Assembly (NCBI GenBank): GCA_001949185.1
Contig: BDGG01000010.1
Location: 753,773 to 817,772 of the forward strand
DNA length: 64,000 nucleotides
From: Ramazzottius varieornatus
Taxonomy: Eukaryota > Animalia > Tardigrada
Reading direction: 5' to 3'
Shown here: positions 27,501 through 38,409 of the stretch, one piece after another
Layout: every line of letters begins with the position of its first letter
Position numbering within the stretch: position 1 is the stretch's first letter
Program-made: the position numbers and the translations under genes
The notes under the pieces: generated by a model
What the model was told of the DNA's origin: nothing
What the model saw: the letters and a program-made list of their open reading frames with translations, nothing else
Databases searched by the model: none

Positions 27501-29313
27501 TGAAGAAAGACTGCTTCTCCTGGGAAGGTTCTGTTGTCTCTTTGTGAATTAACTCGCGCAGTGCAGTGATTTTCTCCACTATTTTCTGCGGAACTCCGGC
27601 CGGAAGTGGTGGGTATTTGCTTGGAGGCTGCGACAGCGCTTGGAAAACCTATCCAGCAAGACAATATTTCTGCCATTGCGTAGGCAATCACAGAAACCTC
27701 ACGTTCCACTTACCGTGCCGTTCGCATCGACCAGGATGATGCCCGACTTGTCCGAGCGTACAGTCGATGCTGTGATTCTGAAGCGAGAAATTCGGCTCGA
27801 ACCCACGTACTTTCCATTCTTTAGCAGACAAACATGGATGTAACTCAATTTGGTTACAATAAAGATAACCTCATGCTTCTCCACAACCTAAAAAACAGAA
27901 ACTATGCTGAAGCACAATGCCAGTCGATTATGGAAGGCTATCATGGTTGGAAGATAACATTACTGTAATGCTTCTTGAACTTCGCGAATTACGTAACAGT
28001 GAGCGTGTGCTGTATGCGTCATCATTCCGGTAAACCCTACGCGCACTGCGACGTTACTTCGCGAAGTTCATGAAGCATCACAGTGATTACGTGGCGCATA
28101 CATGAATGGCTATCGGAGTATCTGTCATGCCCATATCATGATCCCTTTCACACTGAAACTCTTCCTGGAACCTCAAGTAACTAGGAACTCCTTCATTTTC
28201 GTCCAGAGCGAAAAACGAGACCAGCGTCGAGAATTTATGCTCGCCTGCACGAGCAACGATGGCGTCGCTGCACGATTTTTTCGTGTAGATCGTGCCAGCA
28301 CTCGTGGTCAAATTCAGCTGTGGAAGTTCCAGGTCGTCCAGTTTCAGGAACACGATCTTCCGTAGGGAGCCCGACGCATCCTAGGACAGCGAATTCATAT
28401 ACCGGAACAAATAATTTTACAGAGTAAAGATTTCAGTACCTCTTCCAAATCGACTTTGTCTGGCAAAGCAGTACACACTGCCCATTGTTTGTCAGCTGTA
28501 GTTTCACATCTGTATGGGTTCTTCACGACAACTAGAGCGTAGACATGTCCTGTGATGTTCACTCGTCCATCCAGGCGAACATCGAGAGCTGCGATTCTCG
28601 TGTTGGTCAGTATCAGGATGCTTTCATGACCATTCCATACCACGAGGCGGATACGTTCAGGACCCAAGTTCATTTCGACTTTCTTCATTTCGCCCAGCTC
28701 GAACGGCTTTGTGGATTCCTTCGAGATCCAGACGTTCTCCAGATCTGCGAAAACCGAAGGAAAGTGAGTACCGAGCCAGAAGAAATAAACGACAACCCGA
28801 CTGTTTGCCTCTAACCCCACCAAACTCGCGCACAGCTCAAATAGTTCCCCAAACGCCGCTGGACACGCGCATGACGTCATGCATAGCGCATGTGTAATTA
28901 CATACAACGGCGCACCAGCACAGCTCTGCACCACAATGACGTTATAAACCAGCATACCGTAAATGATGCAATATTTGCCAGTTGGATCCACTGCGCATTT
29001 TGTGGCTTCTGCATACAGTCCATACGTATCCAGAAATACATCAAAGCGAGAAACCTTTACTGGTGACTCTGGTGTTCCCAGATCCACGATGCTGACGATG
29101 GATTTTGTCCATTCATCGGTGGAACGAGTGATAGTAAGGAAACGATCCGAAGTCAGGTTGACGTGCACTCTGCCGAGATAGCGACTTGCTCCCGGTACAT
29201 GCTTCTCCAGCTGTAACGCAAAAGTTAAGACGTGCGTTTTCAGCCAGCTTGAACGTACTTACTTCTAGTAGAGTTGAGAGTATAACAGGAGGAAAATTGC
29301 CAGAGGAGTTCAT
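24536..29313 (-). CDS. Divergent clathrin heavy chain-derived protein with C-terminal IAP-type RING finger, multi-exon
   Basis: Collinear clathrin-like segments: LTSDRFLTITR...VSIVDL (propeller start), PIAIHV/EKHEVIFIVTKLSYIHV...SRIS...GIILVDANGTV (propeller end), LEKTHPQLALLVYAKGEC, KLSGYLSKSEDVSLWLNV, YEKAEHPDNYRNVIAA, AYVKANRLDDIE. Ends in CVICEDAPRAMRFEPCGHLVTCVHCAPKVTACPICRETI. Confidence 0.85.
25309..25355. repeat. Family C core (clathrin-RING intron)
   Basis: CCAGATCGTTTTCTCAAGTGGCGCACG... with degenerate right arm and ACGATCTGG. Confidence 0.7.
25737..25787. repeat. Family C core (clathrin-RING intron)
   Basis: TCAAGCGGCGCACA...TGTGCGCTACTCGGGA. Confidence 0.7.
27963..28083. mobile_element. 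MITE family A, copy 1 (intronic in the clathrin-RING gene)
   Basis: TIRs CTGTAATGCTTCTTGAACTTCGCGAA ... TTCGCGAAGTTCATGAAGCATCACAG, flanked by TA and TG. Confidence 0.75.
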
Positions 29314-29567
29314 CGTGGTGGAAGCCAGTGAGGTTGTTGGTTGATGGAGTACTGGTAACCGACCTGGAAGTCTACCACGTCGCAGTTCCGGACGCTTCCT
29401 GGGGTACAGCTGAACAGATATATCCTGTGAACTTCATAGCTCGGGTTATACGAGAATTCTTCGACAGTACGCTCTGGAGTGAGATCGTTCCGCACAAAAA
29501 CAGCAAAATTGAGATACGAAATTTGACGAAAACTTTTGCGCGACTTGGAAAACAAGAGGCGGAACTA

Positions 29568-29710
29568 CTGTAAAGCTTCTTGAACTTCGCGAACTACGTC
29601 ATCGTACTCGCGAAACATCCCTTAAGGGGTTTGTAAGGCAGTGGTTTCGGAGCGCGGTTCAATTTGACGTGTATGATGATATACATCGTGAATTTCAGGA
29701 AGCATTACAG
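29568..29710. mobile_element. MITE family A, copy 2
   Basis: TA-CTGTAAAGCTTCTTGAACTTCGCGA ... TCGTGAATTTCAGGAAGCATTACAG-TA; same termini as 27963-28083, with TA duplication. Confidence 0.8.
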
Positions 29711-30069
29711 TACAATGCATCCGAAATAGATGGCGCCATATCCCTGCAAGCATCCCGATATTTCATTTCTGTCAGTTCTCGGTTATTTATCCGTTTTCGG
29801 CATACGGAACTTGTTGAGTTGTAAGGCTAAAATATCTGGGTCGGACGAGGTTGGACGCCAAATTTTGGCCCTTTACAAAACAGCAGACGTGGTACCACGG
29901 CACCACGGCACCACGCGCACAGTGCACGAGCTCTTCAATTGCGCGTAATTTTACGAGTACAGTTGAAAAAAGCCATATCAAATTACCGTCGGTCAGGGGA
30001 AAATCAGATGAGAACGCTATTAACCTGCTGCGGAAACGGATAATCAAAGCTCGTACAGACACTATGCGC

Positions 30070-31095
30070 TCAGCGATTCTGAGAAGCCTGCCCACCAGCG
30101 CCAGGGAACCCTGGCTGATATTTGGGATAAGCATTGCTGCTACCTGGAGGAGATATGAGACCCTTTCCCGTGGTCATCGCGAGAAGCAAAGCATTCGTGT
30201 CGTTAACATCATGTGTCAGTGGTATCTTGGATAGTCCGGCTGTGATAGCAAAACAATAAGCACGTGCAGGATGCAAGTTGTGGTGGTCACCGTTCCATAC
30301 CTGTTTTGCTTTCCCACGCTTCCTTCGCGGCGGACAAGCTTTCAACCAAGGCTGATACAACCTTGTTCAAGTTCTGTACTTGTTTGTCAGCTTTCTGCGA
30401 CAGTTCGGCATTGTTGGGAGGGACTTTGTAGTACGCTTCCTGAAAACGGTGCTCCACTTCCGGTTCCATTTTCGACCGGAAGTAGTCGGGAAATTTGTCG
30501 TGACTCATCACAGGTATCCGGCCTTCTGTCGTCTTCTGTAAAAATATCTGATATATATAAAGCGCCAGGTAATACTTCTGCAGCGAACACTCACTTCGAG
30601 GCCTGGATCAGTTTCCGCGCTAACGAGAAAAGGAATGACATCCATTCGTCGCATATCGGGAATTCTTTCGCTCTTCACGATTTTGCTTAGGTTGGCCAAC
30701 TGACTGGATATTGTACTGAAGCGATCCATTATGGTGGGCCTGAAAAACATTTCTTTATAGTCCGAAAGATCGGAGTAAGAACCAGATGAAAGCATACCAG
30801 GATAGGGAATCAGGCTGTGTTTCGATGTATTGGAGTAATCCACTGATAGCTGCTTTTATCTTCTGCAAGTTCTCCGCAACGGGATCGAGGCCATCCACTA
30901 AGGATGTCTGTGGCGCTCTTGAACCTGCTGTTGTACCCAGGCCACCTCCTGTGAGGTTCGGATGTAAGGAAACAGATCCTGCTCCTCCGTGTGGATGCTG
31001 AGGCCGCAGCTGCAGAACGAGAAAACAAAATGGTTCATGGGTCTCACAGTTAATTCTTGTTACTTCAGTCACCTCTCGCACTCCCCACATACCAT
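30070..31095 (-). CDS. MED8: Mediator subunit 8
   Basis: SW/PTIMDRFSTISSQLANLSKIVKSERIP, VIPFLVSAETDP, TEGRIPVMSHDKFPDYFRSKMEPEVE, DTNALLLAMTTGKGL. ATG directly followed by a GTATGT donor. Confidence 0.9.
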
Positions 31096-31302
31096 TGTGA
31101 AAGTAGATCGCGCCGAACGTTTCCAGCTTCCGCTCCAGACAGAATACGTCAAGGAGCAGTCTGGAGCTGGAGAGGACGAGGGAAGTCACCGAGACGCAGC
31201 GAAGAAACGTCAAACGTGGAAAACTGAAAAGTGAAAACGAGATCAGGTTGTTTTACACGATCAAGAGCTGCAGTCAACCTCAGAAAACACGACAGCACAG
31301 CC

Positions 31303-31466
31303 ACATTTGAGAGTTGAGATTGCGGAAACCTGTCAGGAACAAGGCGTCAGGATCAGGAAATCCATTCAAGAAAACGACAACATTGGCAGAGTATCAATGA
31401 ATCAGTGGATGGAATTCCTGATCCTGACGCCTCGTCGCTGTCAGGTTTCCGCAATTCCTCAAATGT
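31303..31466. repeat. Foldback/palindromic element (probable MITE) between MED8 and U2
   Basis: ATTGCGGAAACCTG..AGGCGTCAGGATCAGGAAATCCAT is mirrored by ATGGAATTCCTGATCCTGACGCCT..CAGGTTTCCGCAAT; outer arms ACATTTGAG / CTCAAATGT. Confidence 0.75.
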
Positions 31467-31754
31467 CTTGAAGCGTCAGTCATGCGACGATTGATGAAGT
31501 TCTTCAGAAGCTTGCTCTGCGTAGTGCTCCAAATCCACCGGAAAACTGAAAATCTCGCAGACACTTCGGAAAGTAACGTATTTGAATTTCAATCACCAGA
31601 AAACATTACAAACATAGTTTCAAAGGTATTTAGCAGTGTATTCTGTGAGAAGTTGGTTTCTAGATTCTTAAAATCTGCAATATACTGCCTGTATGATACA
31701 GATTTTGGTTATCTAAAGTGTGATATGAATACAGCGAAATGAGTACTAGCCGGT

Positions 31755-31942
31755 ATCGCTTCTCGGCCTTTTGGCTAAGATCAAAGTGTAGTATCTGTTC
31801 TCGGTAGTGTGACAACTACCGCGACCCCCATTGGGGGTCCGATTGTCACTGGAATTTTTGCAACGCGGTGGGGCTCTGGGGCTCGCTCCATCCTTGCCTG
31901 GGTTGGCTCGGTATTGCAGTATCTCCGGGATCGGCCCGTCCC
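31755..31942 (+). ncRNA. U2: U2 spliceosomal snRNA
   Basis: Canonical 5' ATCGCTTCTCGGCCTTTTGGCTAAGATCAAAGTGTAGTATCTGTTCT with branch-site recognition GTAGTA, stems IIa/IIb, Sm site AATTTTTG (31853-31860), stem IV loop TATTGCAGTA. 3' end approximate. Confidence 0.97.
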
Positions 31943-32117
31943 TTCGGGGACATTAACAATCAAAGAAAGATTAGTCCGCTGGAACTCGCGCGATATGATG
32001 GTACTTCGTGATGTAGTGGTGCGCCAGTTCAGCAGGGTGGCTATCCGACGTTTCGCGACTGGCGCTGATTTATTGTGCGACTTTATAGACATGCCCGTAG
32101 AGATCAAAACAGAAATT

Positions 32118-32928
32118 TCATTTTGCTTGGCGGTATTTTATGTACCAGAGAGCAACATTCCAAAAAAAGAAGCACGATGTTCACATATGCCATTCTGTAC
32201 TGTGGAGGAATGTAGAGAAAATTTATTTGGTGGCCGGCGGCCACACCAAACAGTCCAGGAGAAAAAACGAGGGGAATTTGACTTTGAACTCTGTCCAGAT
32301 ATTTCCTAGGGATCTGCCTTCCATCGTTCCCGTTGCTAAAACAAAAATATTTTAGCTGAACGTTTCTTCAAAATGTCGAAGCTGAAAACTTACACCAAAA
32401 TATAATCCACGCAGAAAGGAGTGTCAATCAGCAAGTCAATGCCGATCTTCTTCCTGACAGTGTTGCGGTCGATCCCTGGAAGTTTTGAGTCCAACATCTT
32501 GTACCACATATGCCCGTTGGATCCAATGAGTAGACCAGTTGCGAACATGCGACCTGGAAGCGGAAACGTTGTTTGCCGGATACGGCAGAATACAGTACCA
32601 TAGTGCCTCATGGTCTAGGCGAAGTAAGACATCATCAGTGTGCAACATCCCTTAGCCGGTTGTGTGGGTATAGTCTTCGGACCGGGGTGAAACTTCACGC
32701 GTATGATGATTCACTTCGCCAAATTTATGAAGCGTTACGGTAAAGGTGTTCAGTGCTCGTACCTGCACGCTTCCAGTCGTACTTCCTGGTTGACTTGAAC
32801 AACCGAATTTCGAGACTTTGCTCGATAAGGTCCCCAAGTCCTAACAGACCTCCTCCGAGAGCAGTATTTGTGACAAATAAATGTTTACCAAACAAAGCTA
32901 GCCTCAAACGAGCGAGTGATGTGGCCAT
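32118..32928 (-). pseudogene. Mpv17/PMP22 family (MPV17L2-like) gene with frameshifts; pseudogene or assembly indels
   Basis: LFGKHLFVTNT..GDLIEQ..YDWKRAGRMF..HMWYKMLD..DCLVWPPA then TAA. The conserved INFLYIPPQYR..YVN and WN..L.YIK segments continue in shifted frames. Confidence 0.75.
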
Positions 32929-33503
32929 ATTCCCGATCGCTAGTATACGAGTACCAATCGCAGTCGAGGAAACTGTGCAGTCTGCACTTTCTTTACCTGC
33001 GGGGGTCTTCCGATTATTGTTCTGTCCGGTAAGTAGATAGTAAGTCAAACGGCGGCTCTTAGATATCTCCGGGTGTTATCTCAGTCGCAAAGCTCAGAAT
33101 GGTGTGAAGTATAACGGAACAATCAAGGAATACTTCATAGCTGTATGGAATTCGCTGTCTACTCTATGACAAATTTCACTTTGACCATCTTCTAATAACA
33201 TTTTGACATATTTGGAGTATTTTTCCTATTGACCTCTATTCGAGACTGTGAGTTCGAATGGTTGACATCTGCTTTGGTTGGCAACTTCGCTATTCTGCTG
33301 CCGAGTTCGTGGTGAACCACGATAGAGCTCCAGGTTAGTGGACAAGGACGTTGGTGGATTTTTATTCGCCTGATGTCAGCTTGAGCATTATCTGTCGTTG
33401 AATTAGGAACAAGTATGCAAAATTCTAGCTAAAAAAGAATCTAAAAAACATTCGCTTTGTGATGAACGAACTGGAGCAGGAAGCTCGAGTTTCCTCGCAG
33501 ATC

Positions 33504-34155
33504 TCAGCCGTAATAACGTCCACCATATCCTCCATAGCGCATTCCACCTCCATATCCTCCACCGTACATAGATCCTCCGTATCCAGAGCCTCCATAGCTC
33601 GAGCCGTATCCGCCATAACTGCGACCATATCCTCCGTACGAAGATCCACCATAGGAAGATCCATACGATCGGCCACCTCCATAGTAGCTTCGCTTGGCCC
33701 GAGTGGGTGTTGGTGGGGAAGCGATGACGGGCGTGGCATTGAAAGGGGCAGACTCGAGAGGCCCAGCTAGAGATTAATTCATAACTATAAGCAGTGAAAA
33801 AGAGAGGAACGAAGTGAGATAGGTAATTACCGAAAGAAGTGCCGATCGGGGCGAAAGGAGCATCAGCTCGCGGCCCATCTCTCGGAATACTATCCTCAGC
33901 GACAGATCCAGAAGATCCCATGGTGTTCTTCAGAAATTCTCGAGATCGTCCGGCTCGCATGGCATCGATGGCTGCGCCGAGGTCTTGGGCAGTTCGGAAG
34001 ATCAGATCGGCCTTGTCGTCCAGAAGCTGGTACATCTGCAGGCGGTCGGGAGCGGGTTCGTCGTTGGTCATCACCTGGGCGCCGCCCAGTGCGACGATGC
34101 AGGAAACCGTGGCCAGGAGGGTAAACTGCGAAAGAAACGATGGCGCTTTAGTCAT
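33504..34155 (-). CDS. Secreted prepropeptide releasing a 61-aa Gly/Tyr-rich (YGG-repeat) peptide
   Basis: Signal peptide FTLLATVSCIVALGGAQ. Intron 33767-33830 joins in frame to ...PTRAKR/SYYGGGRSYGSSYGGSSYGGYGRSYGGYG...RYGGYGGRYYG*. Confidence 0.8.
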
Positions 34156-35019
34156 TCCTACGATTAATATACATATTATGAGTACCTTACCATTTTGAAG
34201 GAGGTTGTGAGGGTATGATATTTCCGAAGGATGGAAGATGCAAGAAAAGGCAAAACACAACTGATGAATATCCATTTTCAAATCTCGGCTTTAAATACCT
34301 CCATCATTCAACAGTCCAGCAATATTTCACGACCTACGTCAGGTTTCATCACCTGCAGACTAGTGCAGTTCTTAGTACCTTAAGTGGCATGTTTGCGGAA
34401 AGATTTGGCGCGAGAGCCGCTTTGTTTTGTAATCGAGTCAAACAACCACAAAACGGATGCTGTTGCTGCGTGGCCCTCCATCCAATACTTGCTGCTGTCG
34501 CATGCTCTATTCCCGGATGAACTTACGCACCGCGCAATTCAGTGCCTTTACACAAAGCGCGCGAGTTTGCGGAAGCACCTGAGCACACACACGAGAAAAC
34601 CAGAGCACGTGTGAGTGTCTGAGCTGGCTCAGCATTTCTGCCACAAGTTGGAGGATCATCTTCGCTGTTACATCTTCCTCAGTAAGCCGAATTATAGCAC
34701 CGTTTACCCTCAGCGACAAAACCTACTGGCACTTTGAGGCACTTGTCAGTTTCTCGCCTCACAGTGCCCACAAAAAACCACCACTACCTATGCAAATTTC
34801 CGTTGTTATGAAACGCGTGATTCTTATAAGATTCTTACCATTTCAAAAGCCAAGGCCTGAAAAATGTTCTCGCAGAAGAAACTTAACACATCGAATTCTT
34901 CTCGAAATGGCGACACTGATGAGGCGTGTTGAAGAACAGTTTATGTTAATGTGAATTTCATACCTAATTCCATAGGCTATATTGGAAACAAGAAAAAGAA
35001 AATTAGGAGAAAAATTAGC

Positions 35020-37517
35020 TTATGCAGTAGCGTAGTACTTGACACTCTTGTCCATACTAGCAGACACTAGGAAGGCGTCATCCGGTCCGAAGCGAGCTGC
35101 GGTGACATCAGCAGTATGGTCCCCGAAGACCTTGACTTCCGCCCAGTCCTCCGGCTTCTTCGGCGCGATGGAGTACAGTCTGAGATCGCTTCCGGAGATG
35201 GCTAGATAGTTCGAGTTACGATCCATCTTTACCTCATGAACCTGTAAGCAAAGTACAATCCATTCCTCTTGTTTTCAGCACAGTAAGCAAACTCAACAAG
35301 ATCGTCGTCTCAAGTGGCGCGCGTTTCAGTCTTCCTGGCTACACGTATGCGCCACTTGACAATTTTGAGTTGGTTTGGTGATTTAGTCTCATTTTATTTC
35401 GGTCGGAATAAAGCGGAAGAACTTTAAAGTAGAAACTAAAAGAGCCTTTAGTACCTTGTAGTCAGTCGGTAGGTTGAAGGTCTTGGTGATCTTTCCCTTG
35501 CCGATGTGCCAGCCATAGACGGTGTTGTCGCGAGCGGAAGTGACGAGAGTGTACCCGTTCTCCGAGAAGCACATGGAAGTCACGGCGTCGCTATGCTTCT
35601 CCTCAAAGGTAGCGATCGGGTCTGGACGGCGCAAATCGTAAAACCGAATCACACCATTGGCGTTACCGATGCCGAAAAAGTTTCCGTCGGGATGGAACTG
35701 AACGTTGGTCACAGCTACGAACACACAAAACCATCATTCAACCCATAGTTTTGTCAAACGAAAATTTGCCCTAAGTTGAAACAGAGTAGCGTGGGAACTT
35801 TCGATATGAAGATGAGCTTACCTAGTCCTTCTGGGTCGCCGCCTAAACGGTATGGTTGACCAGTTTCCAGGTCCGCAAAAGTCCACGTCTGCAAAACGAA
35901 AGGTTTGAGATTCAAAACAACTCATTGCCACATTAAAACGTCAGTAAAGAAATTCTCGAGTTTCCTTACCCCATCGACTGAACCGCTGAGCAGAATGTCG
36001 TTGGATGGATGAATGCTGAAGGTCTTGACAGGTCCACTGTGGAAGCTGAAAGTTCGCAACAGGCGTTTTGAATCCATCTTGGTACCCGACTGATCTGGTG
36101 AAATGTTCCATGTGCGAACTTTGTTGTCATCCGAAGCGCTGACCAAAACTTCCTGCAAGAAGCCACTTTCATAGTTAGTTCACCTAATATTCGCCCCGAT
36201 AATCTTGCTATGCTGAAAAAATATTTGAACATACTCTTGTGGGTACGAAAGCTACTTTGTTGACCGTTGCCTTCCTGCTGAGTTGGAACTCAGCTAGGAT
36301 ACGTTCTGGCTCTCTTTGATGGATGACAATAACACCATCGTTGCCACCTGTTGCTACTCGCTGGTTATCTCCCGAATGTAGATCCATGCACACGATTCCC
36401 GCGCCGGCTCGATGGAAACCCTATGGAAGAACGACTGTCCCTTCAACGCATAACATAAACCATAACTGTAACCTCGAACAAGAACACTACTTAGTACTTA
36501 CAACAGAATTATGAACGACGTGAAAGCTTCGAATATGGTCATTCTTGGCTTGCAAAGCTGCTCCCGCCGGAGGCTTCTCTCGGGTTTTCCGCTGGCTGGA
36601 CAGTTCTTTGTACAGAGCGTCAATCTAGAAAGAAGAGAAGACGCTAAGCATTGGGTAGATATGCAGGCACCGTATGATTCTGAGGTGAGTTAGAGATTAT
36701 TCACAGACCTTTTCCTCGACGGTTGGTGGAATCTCGACGACAGCTTCGCCGGCATCTGCCGGTCCATTCATCTCCGCGTCATGTCCGTCGACACCATTCT
36801 GGACTGCAGCAAGGGGCTTCAGCGTAGCCAGAGCTTCCCGAGCTCCAGCAAGCTCCTTCTGAAGACGAACGATCACGCGACAGGCTGCATCGTGCTGGTA
36901 AAGCGCATAGGACAGTTCTGTAAATCAATATCAGCAGTCAATCAACTAGAAAATACTCAGAATTACTACAGACGGTAGTGATCGTAGAATGATACTAGTA
37001 TCGATCACCTTGACGAGTAGTCTGAAGCTGCGTTTTCAGTGAGTGGTTATAAAGCATCACGGCATCCTGGGAGACAAGGAGAATTAAGAATAGACGGGAA
37101 TATCATTAGGACGAAAAGAAAAGTACCCATTCAGACTGAAGCGTGTTTAGTAGTCCAGGAATACCGGCCATCGGCGCTGTCTTGGGTTTAACGAATCTCG
37201 AAGCTGAAACAGAGAGAGTGTAGAGCATCTTGTCAGAACAGTGAATTTTCAAGATGTAGATAACTTACTCTGGATCGGGATAAGCTGCTCCTTGGCCAGC
37301 GGAAGGTCTTTCCGGACGGGATCGGTGCCATATTCCTCGATCCACTTTTCCACCAGCCTTCGTTCAAAGATCACACCGGATCCTGGCGCTACGACCGGTT
37401 CTTCTGGAACTTCGCCACTGACTGTAAGACAAGAGTAAGTATTAGCTGAGCAGCATCCCGTCGGATAACGAGTACGGGACTCCCTAGTCTTGACTTACGT
37501 CCACATATCAGCGACAT
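35020..37517 (-). CDS. PRPF19: Pre-mRNA processing factor 19 (U-box, coiled coil, WD40)
   Basis: [78 protein letters not shown]40 repeats FHPDG..., [20 protein letters not shown]. Confidence 0.95.
35310..35359. repeat. Family C core (PRP19 intron)
   Basis: TCAAGTGGCGC...GCGCCACTTGA. Confidence 0.85.
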
Positions 37518-38409
37518 CCTTCCCGAGCAGTGCAGACTTAGAGACGGAGTACTAGAGCGGTGGTTCCTGGATCAAGCTAGGGTGCGTGGCAGCTTCAGTT
37601 TCCTCAGCGATTAAGTAGCTTGAGCTCAAGGCTTCCTTCTTCTTCCGGTTGATAACATGGACAGAAGAATAAAATGGATGCTGGCAAAGTCCAATGACTC
37701 CATTCATTACAATCTTTCATTCTTTCCCGCAGCACCGATTCGCTATCGTAATTGCACCGCGCAGCGTGGCAAAACACACGGCTTCAGTCTGGTTGTGCAG
37801 AGTCGTTCGGAACAAATGTAAATGCCATTTGTTTACTAGCGTACTACGTCACGATGACAATACGGACACTTATTTGAATGGGAGCGGTGTCTGGCGGGTC
37901 CGTGGTGACGTAATTTACCCGGAAAGGATGAAAGAGAGGGGCGGAGACGCGGAGTACAGATTCGTGGATTTCATTCAGAACTCTAAGGGACGTCACGATG
38001 AATCACACTCATCACTAGTAGACAGCAGGGCCTGAACAAGACAAACACAGTTGAATTGAGTCCTCGTTTTCCACCCGAAGTTACCTTTCGAAGTTGATTG
38101 CTTTGTACATAGAAGGCTCGAAAACTTGAGAAGGGAATCTTTAATACCGAGCGGGATCGCTGGAAGAAGCAAACGGACTGCAAAGCCTGTAATTGATTCC
38201 TCGTGCCAAGACGAGAACCATCCACTGCGACTACTTGGACCACGTTTTAGCACGCGAGGACGACTTGATTGTTTGCTTTTTCCGGACTGAAAGGTGAGCA
38301 TTTCTGTTGGGATCCTATTCTTCCTCGATGATCTACTATGTCGCTACGGGCCTACGGCGCTTCGCATTTCTGTCATGCCTAACTTGTACGAATGTTCATA
38401 GATATCATA

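Noticed and set aside
24536-29313. Calling this canonical clathrin, an IAP, or Vps11/18/41
   Set aside because: Far too divergent and short for clathrin, no BIR domain seen, and the segments track clathrin itself with an IAP-type RING. Needs profile-search confirmation.
31781-32309. ORFs of 108 and 166 aa
   Set aside because: They overlap U2 snRNA and the antisense of the Mpv17-like gene; no recognisable protein features.
33403-33830. Trp/Arg-rich tail of the 292-aa ORF and the 104-aa MEDMV-repeat ORF
   Set aside because: Alternative-frame shadows of the YGG-repeat exon.
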